Assembly: GCA_018238545.1 (NCBI GenBank)
Contig: JABCTC010000070.1
Coordinates: 1-11,327 of the forward strand
Reading direction: 5' to 3'
From: Candidatus Heimdallarchaeota archaeon
Lineage (GTDB): Archaea; Asgardarchaeota; Heimdallarchaeia; Heimdallarchaeales; Heimdallarchaeaceae
DNA length: 11,327 bases
The number at the start of each line of letters is the position of its first letter. The first letter of the stretch is position 1. Below are positions 1 to 7,599 of the stretch, one piece after another. Both the position numbers and the translations under genes were made by a program. Under the pieces are notes generated by a model. The model ran no database searches. It saw only the letters and a list, made by a program, of their open reading frames with translations, and had not been told where the DNA came from.

Positions 1-1
1 G

Positions 2-238
2 AACCATTGGACTCAGTTGGTACGAGAAATCGTGAAGAAACGACCCCAGACCAGATTGATACTTGTAGCTGAACGACTAGGTCTGACAAATCAAGAGATT
101 CTCGATATCGCCCGCAAAATCAGTGGTCTAGATGACCGGGTGATTGAGCATGACAAGAGCGATTCTAGCAAGAATCTGATATATCTATGTAGAAAACCCG
201 ACTCTAGTTTGACTCCTCTGGTCGACATAATCGTGTGA
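2..238 (+). CDS. Hypothetical protein, 3' part (frame open from the window edge)
   Basis: Frame is open from position 2 (NHWTQLVREIVKKRPQ...) to TGA at 236-238. No recognisable motif. Confidence 0.55.
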   Translation, partial: NHWTQLVREIVKKRPQTRLILVAERLGLTNQEILDIARKISGLDDRVIEHDKSDSSKNLIYLCRKPDSSLTPLVDIIV

Positions 239-378
239 AACATCACCCTCAATTATTGAGAGGTTTATTGTTGGCGTACTTCGGTTTCGATGATGCCGTT
301 CCTTGAGCCTATTGATTGCAGAATAGTTTATGTTTAGGTAAATACTTTGATGCATTAGTAAATTGAGGGAGAATATTC

Positions 379-1497
379 TTGGTGTATCTAATCCTAGGTA
401 GACTTCTGTCTACTTTTGTGAATCTGGGCCTTTTATTCACTCTAGTCCACCGTTGGCAGAAAACGCGAATAAAAGCTATCCTTCTACTTGTTGTCACAAC
501 AATCAATCGAGGTATTGTTGAGTTATTCAAAATGAACAATGCGCTTTTCGGTGTTGATTCTGTATCACCACTTATTGACTCCTCTGCGATTCTAATGGGT
601 GTTTTTGGGTTTTCATCAGCAGGTATGTTTCTATTGTTCATTGATTATTTTGAGAACGAACAAATATCTACTAATCGAGTCGCATTGTTCATTGGCTCAA
701 TATGCAGTTACATTGTTGGAGTGATGATACTGACTCTTCTTTCTCCATCAGTTATTGTAACTGACACGTTTGAGTTCTTGAATATGTTAGTATTTCTAAT
801 CCCTCCGTTCTTCTTGGTGTCAGTAACAATTATTGGTTGTCATGTGTTACAAAATTGCAAATCATATGCATATGATAATAAACATAGACAACAATTGACA
901 TTGATGCAATTATCATTGATGTGTTTCTTTCTATTCACTTCAATTTACATAATTGCCTATAATTTGGTAGCTCCATACTTGGGATTAGCACCTGATCAGG
1001 TCCAACTCTATTTGGCAATTCCTCAAGATATTTCGATATCCGTTGGCGCAGTACTTCTTTGGCTTGCTTATGCAAGATCGTCTAGAGTTGCGTTTCTACA
1101 ATCTCAAAGAATGCACAAGCTCATCGTAGTAAACTACGCAGGACTTCCTATCTTTTCATATAATTTTCTAGGTGTTGAACACAGTATAGATGATACTTTG
1201 ATATCAGGTGGGATTACTGCTGTTAGCAGCTTGTTTGGAGAATCTCTTGGAGTGTCATCCGGAATTGAATCAATATCGCTTGAGGGTATCGAGATGATGA
1301 TGGAGAATTATGACAAATTTGCAGTGATTCTATTTACGGAAAGAATATCTGGTTTCTTGAAGAAAGCAATTATTGAATTTGGATCTAATTTCGATACGAA
1401 ATACTCACACTTGATTGATGATGGAGTAGATGTTTCATCATTTACTGGTACTGAAATTCTAGTAGAACAAGCGTTTGGTCTTGAAGAAAGTAACTAG
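379..1497 (+). CDS. Polytopic membrane protein (about 7 TM) with C-terminal longin/roadblock-like cytoplasmic domain, Asgard-type
   Basis: Seven hydrophobic segments in the first ~230 aa. These are followed by LIVVNYAGLPIFSYNF...DDTLISGGITAVSSLFGESLG...IESISLEG...FAVILFTE, a pattern resembling Asgard longin-like domains. Start is TTG 379 or GTG 382. Confidence 0.75.
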   Translation: MVYLILGRLLSTFVNLGLLFTLVHRWQKTRIKAILLLVVTTINRGIVELFKMNNALFGVDSVSPLIDSSAILMGVFGFSSAGMFLLFIDYFENEQISTNRVALFIGSICSYIVGVMILTLLSPSVIVTDTFEFLNMLVFLIPPFFLVSVTIIGCHVLQNCKSYAYDNKHRQQLTLMQLSLMCFFLFTSIYIIAYNLVAPYLGLAPDQVQLYLAIPQDISISVGAVLLWLAYARSSRVAFLQSQRMHKLIVVNYAGLPIFSYNFLGVEHSIDDTLISGGITAVSSLFGESLGVSSGIESISLEGIEMMMENYDKFAVILFTERISGFLKKAIIEFGSNFDTKYSHLIDDGVDVSSFTGTEILVEQAFGLEESN

Positions 1498-1615
1498 TTG
1501 GCTGTACGTCCCGAAATCGTAAAGTAAAACATCAAATCTATATCCGTTCACACCAATGTAGATATTGACATTGACTGACCAGACAGATAGATCTGTTTGA
1601 GCAGGTGATTCTAAG

Positions 1616-1735
1616 GTGAGAAAAGGAAAAAGGAAGACTGGAAAAGATCAGGTTGATACATCTTATCAGCCAGGCAACATTGGTTCGATGGCTGGAACAT
1701 TGCCTTCTGTGAAAAAGAAGAAGAAGGTAAAGTAA
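1616..1735 (+). CDS. Putative small basic protein, 39 aa (MRKGKRKTGKDQVDTSYQPGNIGSMAGTLPSVKKKKKVK); not in the ORF track
   Basis: GTG start at 1616, preceded by an archaeal SD-like AGGTGA at 1603-1608; TAA at 1733-1735. Fills an otherwise empty gap between two + strand genes. Confidence 0.45.
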   Translation: MRKGKRKTGKDQVDTSYQPGNIGSMAGTLPSVKKKKKVK

Positions 1736-1829
1736 TACAGCTCGAATGAGTGGATGACTACAACATAGCTTAGAACCATTTGCAGATGTGAGCAGGTATA
1801 TAATCACATTAAAATTGGCGCGTGTTGAA

Positions 1830-2051
1830 ATGCGCGAAAAATTCTCCAAACCCGGGTCGAGCCGCAAGAACATCCGTCTAGGTGATACTGTCGATATTGT
1901 CCAGAAGCGGGATCAACGCTCCGGAAATCTCACCCGTGGAGTTGTGAAAGATATCCTCACAAACTCCCCCAATCATCCTCATGGAATCAAGGTGCGGTTG
2001 CAGACTGGTCAGGTTGGGCGTGTCCAGGCAATTATCAAAGTGACACAGTGA
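1830..2051 (+). CDS. YwbE family (DUF2196) protein
   Basis: Motif VDIVQKRDQRSGNLTRGVVKDILTNSPNHPHGIKVRLQTGQVGRVQ is characteristic of YwbE/DUF2196. ATG 1830 is preferred over the GTG at 1788. Confidence 0.9.
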   Translation: MREKFSKPGSSRKNIRLGDTVDIVQKRDQRSGNLTRGVVKDILTNSPNHPHGIKVRLQTGQVGRVQAIIKVTQ

Positions 2052-2152
2052 GTGAAAAAGCCCGGCTCTCGGTTTGAATATTGAAACTACGGCTGCTTTT
2101 CTTGGCGGTAAGGGAGGTATTCTGCGCCAAAAATTTCCCGAGCCATGACGAA
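2050..2152 (-). repeat. Cassette-separating repeat R1 (gene-3'-end-like element)
   Basis: + strand AATATTGAAACTACGGCTGCTTTTCTTGGCGGTAAG...GCCATGACGAA. Minus frame reads FVMAREIFGAEYLPYRQEKQP* (TAG at 2087-2089). Hairpin is decayed. Confidence 0.9.
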
Positions 2153-2211
2153 CTTCATCTAGTGATATAATTGAAATATAAAACCTGACAACTTACTTGG
2201 TGGGATGGACA

Positions 2212-2748
2212 ATGAAAAAGGCTGCAATTATCTATTGGACAAAAACTGGGAATACTAAGAAAGTCGCCGATGCAATCAAAGAAGGTCTCAAGGCTGTTGG
2301 CTTCGATGTATCCTATTTGAGAGTTGAAGAAGCTAAAGGTCTTGATTATTTTGATTATGATCTGGTATGCATAGGTTTTCCTTCATACGAATGGAGTACT
2401 CCTAGACCCATGACCATTTTTTTGAGAACCAACTTAGCTAAGCAAAGAAAAGAGGGACTGGTCAAAGCTAGTGCTCCAAAGGTTCCGGGAAAGAATGCAT
2501 TAATTTTCTGTACCTACTCGGGACCGCATACTGGAATCAACGAGGCTATTCCAGCAGGTCTGTACGCAGGTCAGTTCTTCGAGCATATTGGATTCACAGT
2601 TTTAGATGAATGGTATGTTCTAAGTGAATTCCATGGGCATGATAAAGCGAGTACAATAGGAAAAATGGGAGATATCAGAGGGAAACCAACTAAGGAGGAT
2701 TTGATGAAGATTAAGGAGGACACACTCAACCTCGCAAAAAGTCTTTGA
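2212..2748 (+). CDS. Flavodoxin-like protein
   Basis: N-terminal FMN-binding loop IIYWTKTGNTKKVADAI, plus YDLVCIGFPSY and ALIFCTYSG. ATG 2212 follows a GGTGGGA SD-like sequence. Confidence 0.9.
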   Translation: MKKAAIIYWTKTGNTKKVADAIKEGLKAVGFDVSYLRVEEAKGLDYFDYDLVCIGFPSYEWSTPRPMTIFLRTNLAKQRKEGLVKASAPKVPGKNALIFCTYSGPHTGINEAIPAGLYAGQFFEHIGFTVLDEWYVLSEFHGHDKASTIGKMGDIRGKPTKEDLMKIKEDTLNLAKSL

Positions 2749-2776
2749 TTTGAGGGGATTATTCTGAAAAAGTGAT

Positions 2777-2847
2777 GAGAGAGGAAGACCCTCTCTCGAT
2801 TTAATATTGAAACTATGACTGCTTCTCTTGGCGGTAAGAGAAGAACT
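2777..2847 (-). repeat. Cassette-separating repeat R2
   Basis: Hairpin GAGAGAGG-AAGAC-CCTCTCTC (2777-2797) and core CTTGGCGGTAAG (2827-2838). Minus frame reads EFFSYRQEKQS*FQY*. The first 37 bp are identical to R6. Confidence 0.92.
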
Positions 2848-2947
2848 CATCCTGTCATTTCTGCCAGAGTATGGAAAATCTTTTTCTTTGTTCACATCAT
2901 ATAGGTATCAACAGGTTAGCATGAACTCACATTGAGGAGGAGCTGAA

Positions 2948-4774
2948 TTGAGAGAAACGAAATTGAAACACACAAGGATAACAGCTGCAACTATAGCAGT
3001 GCTAATCCTTCTTAGTATGATCTTCGTGATGACACCTATTCAGGTGGTAGTAGCCGCTGAAAGTGAAATAATAGTCGCTACAGGTAACATATCCGACTAT
3101 ATCTGGTCTTCAGACGGAACCCGGGTGGCATATGTAGTGCGACCTGATGGGCAGTCATGGGGCGAGCTCTGGGTCGGTGACTGGAATGGGTACGAAGTGA
3201 CGAATCTTCAGTTGCTCTATTCAGAGATCGAAGCGGGTGGTCTGGAAGACTGGCAAGACGACTGGATACTTCTCAGAATACGGCATGAGAATGAGGATCC
3301 AGAAGAATACTACGGTCGAGGAGAGCTCTGGAAAATAAGAGATAATGGGACTGAACTCACTCAGATTACCTTCACCTATACTAATGGGATAAAAAATACT
3401 GAAAATGGGTACTATTATTTCAGAGGTTCCGCTGGTTGGGGTAGGTTCATTCCTGGAACTGACCTTGTATACTTCTCTGCTCATGATGGCAACGGTTGGT
3501 GGAAAGCATACACATGTCATGCTGATGGGTCTGATCAGTGGAAGCGGATCAGCGGGTCTACTTTTTCATTCACAATCGGTATGTCACCTACTGGCAACAA
3601 GCTAGTATGGGGTACGAGCTCGTATTGGGATGAGCCCACAACGCTCTTGTCGAGCAACATCGACGGTACAGAAACGATAACAATGAAGGCGTTCTCATAC
3701 AAGACAAGTCCCCTCGTGTTGGCAGATGGGGATACAGTCCTGTACAACAGCCCTAATGGTAATATCGGCGCAATCCAAGTGGATGGGACTGATGATCGAG
3801 TGGTAATTGATGACGAGTACTCCAATTACCTAGTTAATTACAATCCTGTTGATGGACAGTCGTTTCTAATGAGAAGTGATTGTAGTTCGGATGGCAATAA
3901 TCACATATTCAGTGTTGACGTTGATGGCACTAGCATTGTTCAGCTCACAGAAGGTCCGTACAATGATGACAGTGCGATGTATTCTCCCGATGGACACAAT
4001 ATCTTGTACAGGAGACTCCCTGCGAATTCAAACGGGACCTCCTATGAGCTGGTCATTATCCCCATTGGTAAACAGATTGAAGACCTGCCATCAGCTTCAA
4101 TTACTATGCTCCTCATAGATGAATCATCAAGTAATAATACAATTAACGCAACAATCACCATTGGTTTTTACTCCAACGGGAACAGTACGGGTATTGGTTT
4201 CCACCAGGAGCTGCTCAATATCTCCGCCGAATCTGATTATGTCCGACCAGTTGGGTTGGGATACGACGAAATGCGGGAGTATTCCATTTTCACCACTATA
4301 CACGGAAATGTGACTGTCAATACACTCAGTTCTGATGTAGTGAGCCATCGTCATTATGCGGCATGGACTGAATCAAAATGGTTTGGAACTTGGAACGGTC
4401 CTATCTCGGAGCAGAACATCTCTGAGGTCATACTCTGCGCTAACATCATCAAGTACGAGAACCTGAAAGTGTATTTCGAGGATGGAAGCTCCTTTGTGTG
4501 CGGTCCTCAATTCATTACATTGGCGGCTATCTTCACAAGAACTGGAGAAGTGTGGAACACAAGCTTCAATATCCACACCTCAGACTCTGAAGGAATCTCC
4601 ATTGACAATAATGTGGTGACAATCTCAATCAGATACCCCGAGTATGTTTCTCCGATTTTCTTTATCGCTACAATCACTATGGTTGCGGTAGTTGCAGTAG
4701 TCGCAGGGGCTCTATATCTAAAAAGTAGATTGGCCAAACCGGAATACCATGACGAGTATGTCACTTACTATTGA
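2948..4774 (+). CDS. Secreted, membrane-anchored TolB-like (PD40/WD40-like) beta-propeller protein
   Basis: Signal-peptide-like N-terminus; repeated WSSDGTRVAY / MSPTGNKLVW / YSPDGHNILY and DGT..TQ(I/L)T motifs; C-terminal TM helix with a short tail. GAGGAGG SD lies before the TTG start. Confidence 0.85.
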   Translation: MRETKLKHTRITAATIAVLILLSMIFVMTPIQVVVAAESEIIVATGNISDYIWSSDGTRVAYVVRPDGQSWGELWVGDWNGYEVTNLQLLYSEIEAGGLEDWQDDWILLRIRHENEDPEEYYGRGELWKIRDNGTELTQITFTYTNGIKNTENGYYYFRGSAGWGRFIPGTDLVYFSAHDGNGWWKAYTCHADGSDQWKRISGSTFSFTIGMSPTGNKLVWGTSSYWDEPTTLLSSNIDGTETITMKAFSYKTSPLVLADGDTVLYNSPNGNIGAIQVDGTDDRVVIDDEYSNYLVNYNPVDGQSFLMRSDCSSDGNNHIFSVDVDGTSIVQLTEGPYNDDSAMYSPDGHNILYRRLPANSNGTSYELVIIPIGKQIEDLPSASITMLLIDESSSNNTINATITIGFYSNGNSTGIGFHQELLNISAESDYVRPVGLGYDEMREYSIFTTIHGNVTVNTLSSDVVSHRHYAAWTESKWFGTWNGPISEQNISEVILCANIIKYENLKVYFEDGSSFVCGPQFITLAAIFTRTGEVWNTSFNIHTSDSEGISIDNNVVTISIRYPEYVSPIFFIATITMVAVVAVVAGALYLKSRLAKPEYHDEYVTYY

Positions 4775-4794
4775 ATGGTTGAGGAATAAAAAGA

Positions 4795-4850
4795 AGGAAA
4801 GAGGGGGCAAGAGCCCTCTTTCCTGAGATTAAACTGCATTTGTTATTCCT
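4795..4850 (-). repeat. Degenerate repeat R3 with a strong hairpin between convergent genes (possible terminator)
   Basis: 11-bp stem AGGAAAGAGGG (4795-4805) / CCCTCTTTCCT (4814-4824), then ATTAAACTGCATTTGTTATTCCT, which resembles TTGAAACTACATCTGTTTCCCT of R4. The CTTGGCGGTAAG core is absent. Confidence 0.5.
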
Positions 4851-4862
4851 TCATGATTGGTA

Positions 4863-5486
4863 TCATTCCTCACCCATCGGTGGGTTTCCGTTGATACTAT
4901 CATAGGCGAATGCAGTAAGAATAGCTAGTATGAGTGTTGAGAAGCTGAACAATGTTAATTGCAATACTGGCAATGAATCCGCAGGAAAGAACCCTGACAA
5001 TATGACTAAACCCGGCCACAGTGAAAAATAGCCGATTACACCGGCAACTAACATAATTGGCCACAATTTTCCGAATGAGTTCCTTCCAGCCACCCAATCC
5101 ATTGGTGAATTTATCCTTGTTCCCGCCCAACCAACAATAAATCCCATTATCGGTGGTCCAAATCCACCTCCAACGAGGAGTAGAATAAATGAGAGGAGAA
5201 TCATTATTTTCCCTCCGTTCTTCTTCTCTATGTGTATAACTGCCCAAATCATCAGGATTATCGAAACGATTACTGTGAGTATTCCAGATAGAAGCAGATT
5301 AGGAATGATGGTCATCGCTGGTTCCCCTGCTAGAATCTCATATGCTTCTATATCCGGCCAAGACTCGATCACAATTCCACTTGGGGCGACATTGCCTTGA
5401 AGTATCTCTCCAACACCATGTTCCAGACCTGCTACACCAATAATGGTACCAAAGGTAGATACAGTCGCTCGTGTTGCGTTTTTCAT
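4863..5486 (-). CDS. Hypothetical integral membrane protein (about 5-6 TM)
   Basis: Multiple hydrophobic helices. GGAGGTGA SD at 5493-5500 (minus strand); ATGA overlap with the upstream gene. Confidence 0.8.
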   Translation of the reverse strand: MKNATRATVSTFGTIIGVAGLEHGVGEILQGNVAPSGIVIESWPDIEAYEILAGEPAMTIIPNLLLSGILTVIVSIILMIWAVIHIEKKNGGKIMILLSFILLLVGGGFGPPIMGFIVGWAGTRINSPMDWVAGRNSFGKLWPIMLVAGVIGYFSLWPGLVILSGFFPADSLPVLQLTLFSFSTLILAILTAFAYDSINGNPPMGEE

Positions 5487-6142
5487 TTCATTTCACCTCC
5501 GTTCTCAATTGACTTTGCTAATTCTCTTGTCCACTCTCGAATATCTTCCCAGTTTCGTGTGTCATAAACGCCAGATCTTGTTTCTTTGATGTTAGCTGCT
5601 TCGAGTGTCAGTCTAAGCTCAGTCATAGCCTTCTTCGACCACCATGGCATTTTGTGGAAGTCCCAGACGCCGCCAAATACTCTCATTGAGATGGGATGCA
5701 ATTCATATTTTGCTACTTTTTCTTCTAGGTACTTTCTTCTAGCTCGACTTATTTTCTCAGGATCTCCTTCATACTCGTCTAAGGCCTGCGCTCCTGAGGA
5801 TACAAAAAGTGCAACTTTCTTTTGTTTCAGTTTCTGTCCAAACTTCTTCAGAAATCTCTCAGCTTCCTTAGTCCATCTATCAATTTGGATTCCACTCCCA
5901 ACGATTACAAGTTCATATTCTGCTATGTTTCGAACTTTCTCTCTCTTCACATCTACTATCTTGACATGGAATCCCTCTTTGGTGAGGCCTTTGGCTATTT
6001 CCTCTGCAGTTCCTGTAGTTGCTCCATAACGGGTAGCATAGACAATCAAAATATTCACTTTGGAATAGTTCGATGATTCATTCTCTGGATCTTTCATCTG
6101 TTTATGGCTGTAAGATATTTGTTTTTTGTCCGATATTCTCAT
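5483..6142 (-). CDS. Flavodoxin-domain protein (HemG-like / Flavodoxin_5 family)
   Basis: ILIVYATRYGATTGTAEEIA, YELVIVGSGI, KKVALFVSS and the terminal YDTRNWEDIREW are typical of HemG-like flavodoxins. Exact start is uncertain. Confidence 0.88.
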   Translation of the reverse strand: MRISDKKQISYSHKQMKDPENESSNYSKVNILIVYATRYGATTGTAEEIAKGLTKEGFHVKIVDVKREKVRNIAEYELVIVGSGIQIDRWTKEAERFLKKFGQKLKQKKVALFVSSGAQALDEYEGDPEKISRARRKYLEEKVAKYELHPISMRVFGGVWDFHKMPWWSKKAMTELRLTLEAANIKETRSGVYDTRNWEDIREWTRELAKSIENGGEMK

Positions 6143-6423
6143 TATTCTTTCACCTCGGGTTGGTATTGTTCAGTCGTCTTCCCAATCTCATCTTCTCTAA
6201 GATCTATTCGAAGTACTCCGTCCTTTCCAATAACTTCCAAAATTATACCCTCTGTAAATGTGGCGCGTACTAGCTTACCTATCGTGCCTTCTACAAATAC
6301 ACTGTCAGGAGAACCATTGGTCAGGGTGATGTTCTTGAGATATCTCTTTGATTTGAGTTCAATAGAGAAGATTCGTTCTTCATTATTTGTTTTATTTTTC
6401 ATTGCATTTACCTTGTTTTCCAT
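6142..6423 (-). CDS. Conserved-looking hypothetical protein, first gene of a 3-gene operon
   Basis: Beta-rich ORF (IFSIELKSKRYLKNITL...GVLRIDL) whose TAA overlaps the next ATG at 6142. Start may be 6423, 6402 or 6459. Confidence 0.7.
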   Translation of the reverse strand: MENKVNAMKNKTNNEERIFSIELKSKRYLKNITLTNGSPDSVFVEGTIGKLVRATFTEGIILEVIGKDGVLRIDLREDEIGKTTEQYQPEVKE

Positions 6424-6506
6424 AGAGGAATCAAATGGGTGATTAGTTTTATTTGACACAAGTGCTTAGAAGTAAGTATCAGTGTGAAGACTTTAGCATC
6501 GGTGGT

Positions 6507-7241
6507 ATGAAATTGGGAAATGATGAAGGAATAGCGAAACTGTTCTTTGAGCTAGCAAGCGAAAACCGGCTTGGAATACTGAATGAACTACAGACAAAAA
6601 CGCTCAAGATGCAGGAAATCGCTCGCAAACTAGATGTGACTGCAACGGAGGCGCTCAGGCAACTCCAACGTCTGAGTGTAGCTCAGTTGGTTCAAAGGCA
6701 ATCAGATGGTTCGTACGCAACCACACACTATGGTAAGCTGGTATTGCAGCTCTCCTCCTCTATAGAATTCACCTCTCGGTATAAGGATTATTTTTCAACG
6801 CATGATATAATGCAACTTCCTTACCAATTTTTGAACAGAATCGGTGAACTCTCACAAGCAACCTTTGTAATGGATACTATTGAAAATCTGAATTGGGGTC
6901 AACGTCTGTATACTGAAGCTGAGCAGTATACTTGGGGACTAGCAGAAGGAATTATCCCTGAATCTATGGGTCCAATAATGGATGAAAAAACAAGTGCGGG
7001 ATTGGATATCAGAATGCTTGTTCCAAAAACATTTGTGATGCCTCCCGCAACTGAACAGAATATCAAAGTCAGGGGTCTCTCTGACATACCAGCAAGCATA
7101 GCACTTACAGAAAAAGGAGCAATCATTTGCTTTCGATTCATTGAAGGAAGGCTTGATTATGCTGGATTTTCTGGAACGAACCCAGTATTCGTCAACTGGG
7201 TTAGAGACCTCTTTCTCTATTACTGGGACAAAGGAAAGTGA
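6507..7241 (+). CDS. ArsR-like winged-HTH transcriptional regulator with FilR1-middle/DUF1724-type C-terminal region
   Basis: LFFELASENRLGILNEL...MQEIARKLDVTATEALRQLQRL forms the HTH. YFSTHDIMQLPYQFLNRIGEL and the terminal WVRDLFLYYW are typical of this archaeal family. ATG 6507 follows GGTGG. Confidence 0.88.
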   Translation: MKLGNDEGIAKLFFELASENRLGILNELQTKTLKMQEIARKLDVTATEALRQLQRLSVAQLVQRQSDGSYATTHYGKLVLQLSSSIEFTSRYKDYFSTHDIMQLPYQFLNRIGELSQATFVMDTIENLNWGQRLYTEAEQYTWGLAEGIIPESMGPIMDEKTSAGLDIRMLVPKTFVMPPATEQNIKVRGLSDIPASIALTEKGAIICFRFIEGRLDYAGFSGTNPVFVNWVRDLFLYYWDKGK

Positions 7242-7252
7242 GCAGAAAGAGT

Positions 7253-7356
7253 GAGATCGAGGAAAACCTCTCTCGATTGGAAAGTTGAAACTACATCTGT
7301 TTCCCTTGCCGGTAAGGAATGAATTCTGGACCGAATATCTCACGTGCCATGACGAA
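7253..7356 (-). repeat. Cassette-separating repeat R4
   Basis: Bulged hairpin GAGA-TC-GAGG-AAAA-CCTCTCTC (7253-7274) and core CTTGCCGGTAAG (7305-7316). Minus frame reads FVMAREIFGPEFIPYRQGKQM*. Confidence 0.9.
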
Positions 7357-7362
7357 TAGGTA

Positions 7363-7599
7363 CTACTTTGTTCTGTACTTTTCTTTGCTTGTCTTATAGG
7401 CTGTAATGACGATGATATCCTTATCTCGTTCAACAAAGAATATTCTCAATATTTTTCCATTACCATCAAGCTGAGCAATCGAGTGTCCTAGGATATCTTT
7501 CATCCTTTCCTTTGAGTTTGTCAATACGTGAATGATTTCATCTTTCGTAATAGCACGTTGCTTCATTCTCTCCAGTGCGTGTTTAGTGAAGATAATCAC
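7363..7599 (-). CDS. DUF4258 family protein, putative toxin of a type II TA pair
   Basis: IIFTKHALERMKQRAIT...LRIFF...IIVITAY. GTG start overlaps the upstream TGA (GTGA). Confidence 0.85.
   Translation of the reverse strand: MIIFTKHALERMKQRAITKDEIIHVLTNSKERMKDILGHSIAQLDGNGKILRIFFVERDKDIIVITAYKTSKEKYRTK

Noticed and set aside
246-290. Small palindrome CTCAAT-T-ATTGAG and TTGTTGGCGTAC, with a similar GTTGGCTGTAC at about 1498, as further repeat copies
   Set aside because: Similarity to the core is too short and the peptide frame is not recoverable.
2777-2813. 37-bp sequence identical in R2 and R6 (8670-8706), with a hairpin and ending in ATTGAAAC like a CRISPR repeat
   Set aside because: Copies are hundreds to thousands of bp apart, the following sequence is conserved rather than a unique spacer, and no cas genes are present.
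4747-4755. CCATGACGA matching the R1/R4 boundary block
   Set aside because: It lies inside the TolB-like CDS on the wrong side of the R3 hairpin; a 9-mer match is plausible by chance.
2087-7356. Diversity-generating retroelement VR/TR pairs (C-terminal repeat plus hairpin)
   Set aside because: Differences are not adenine-specific (T/C, T/G, C/G at third positions), the repeats are not inside target genes, and no reverse transcriptase is present.
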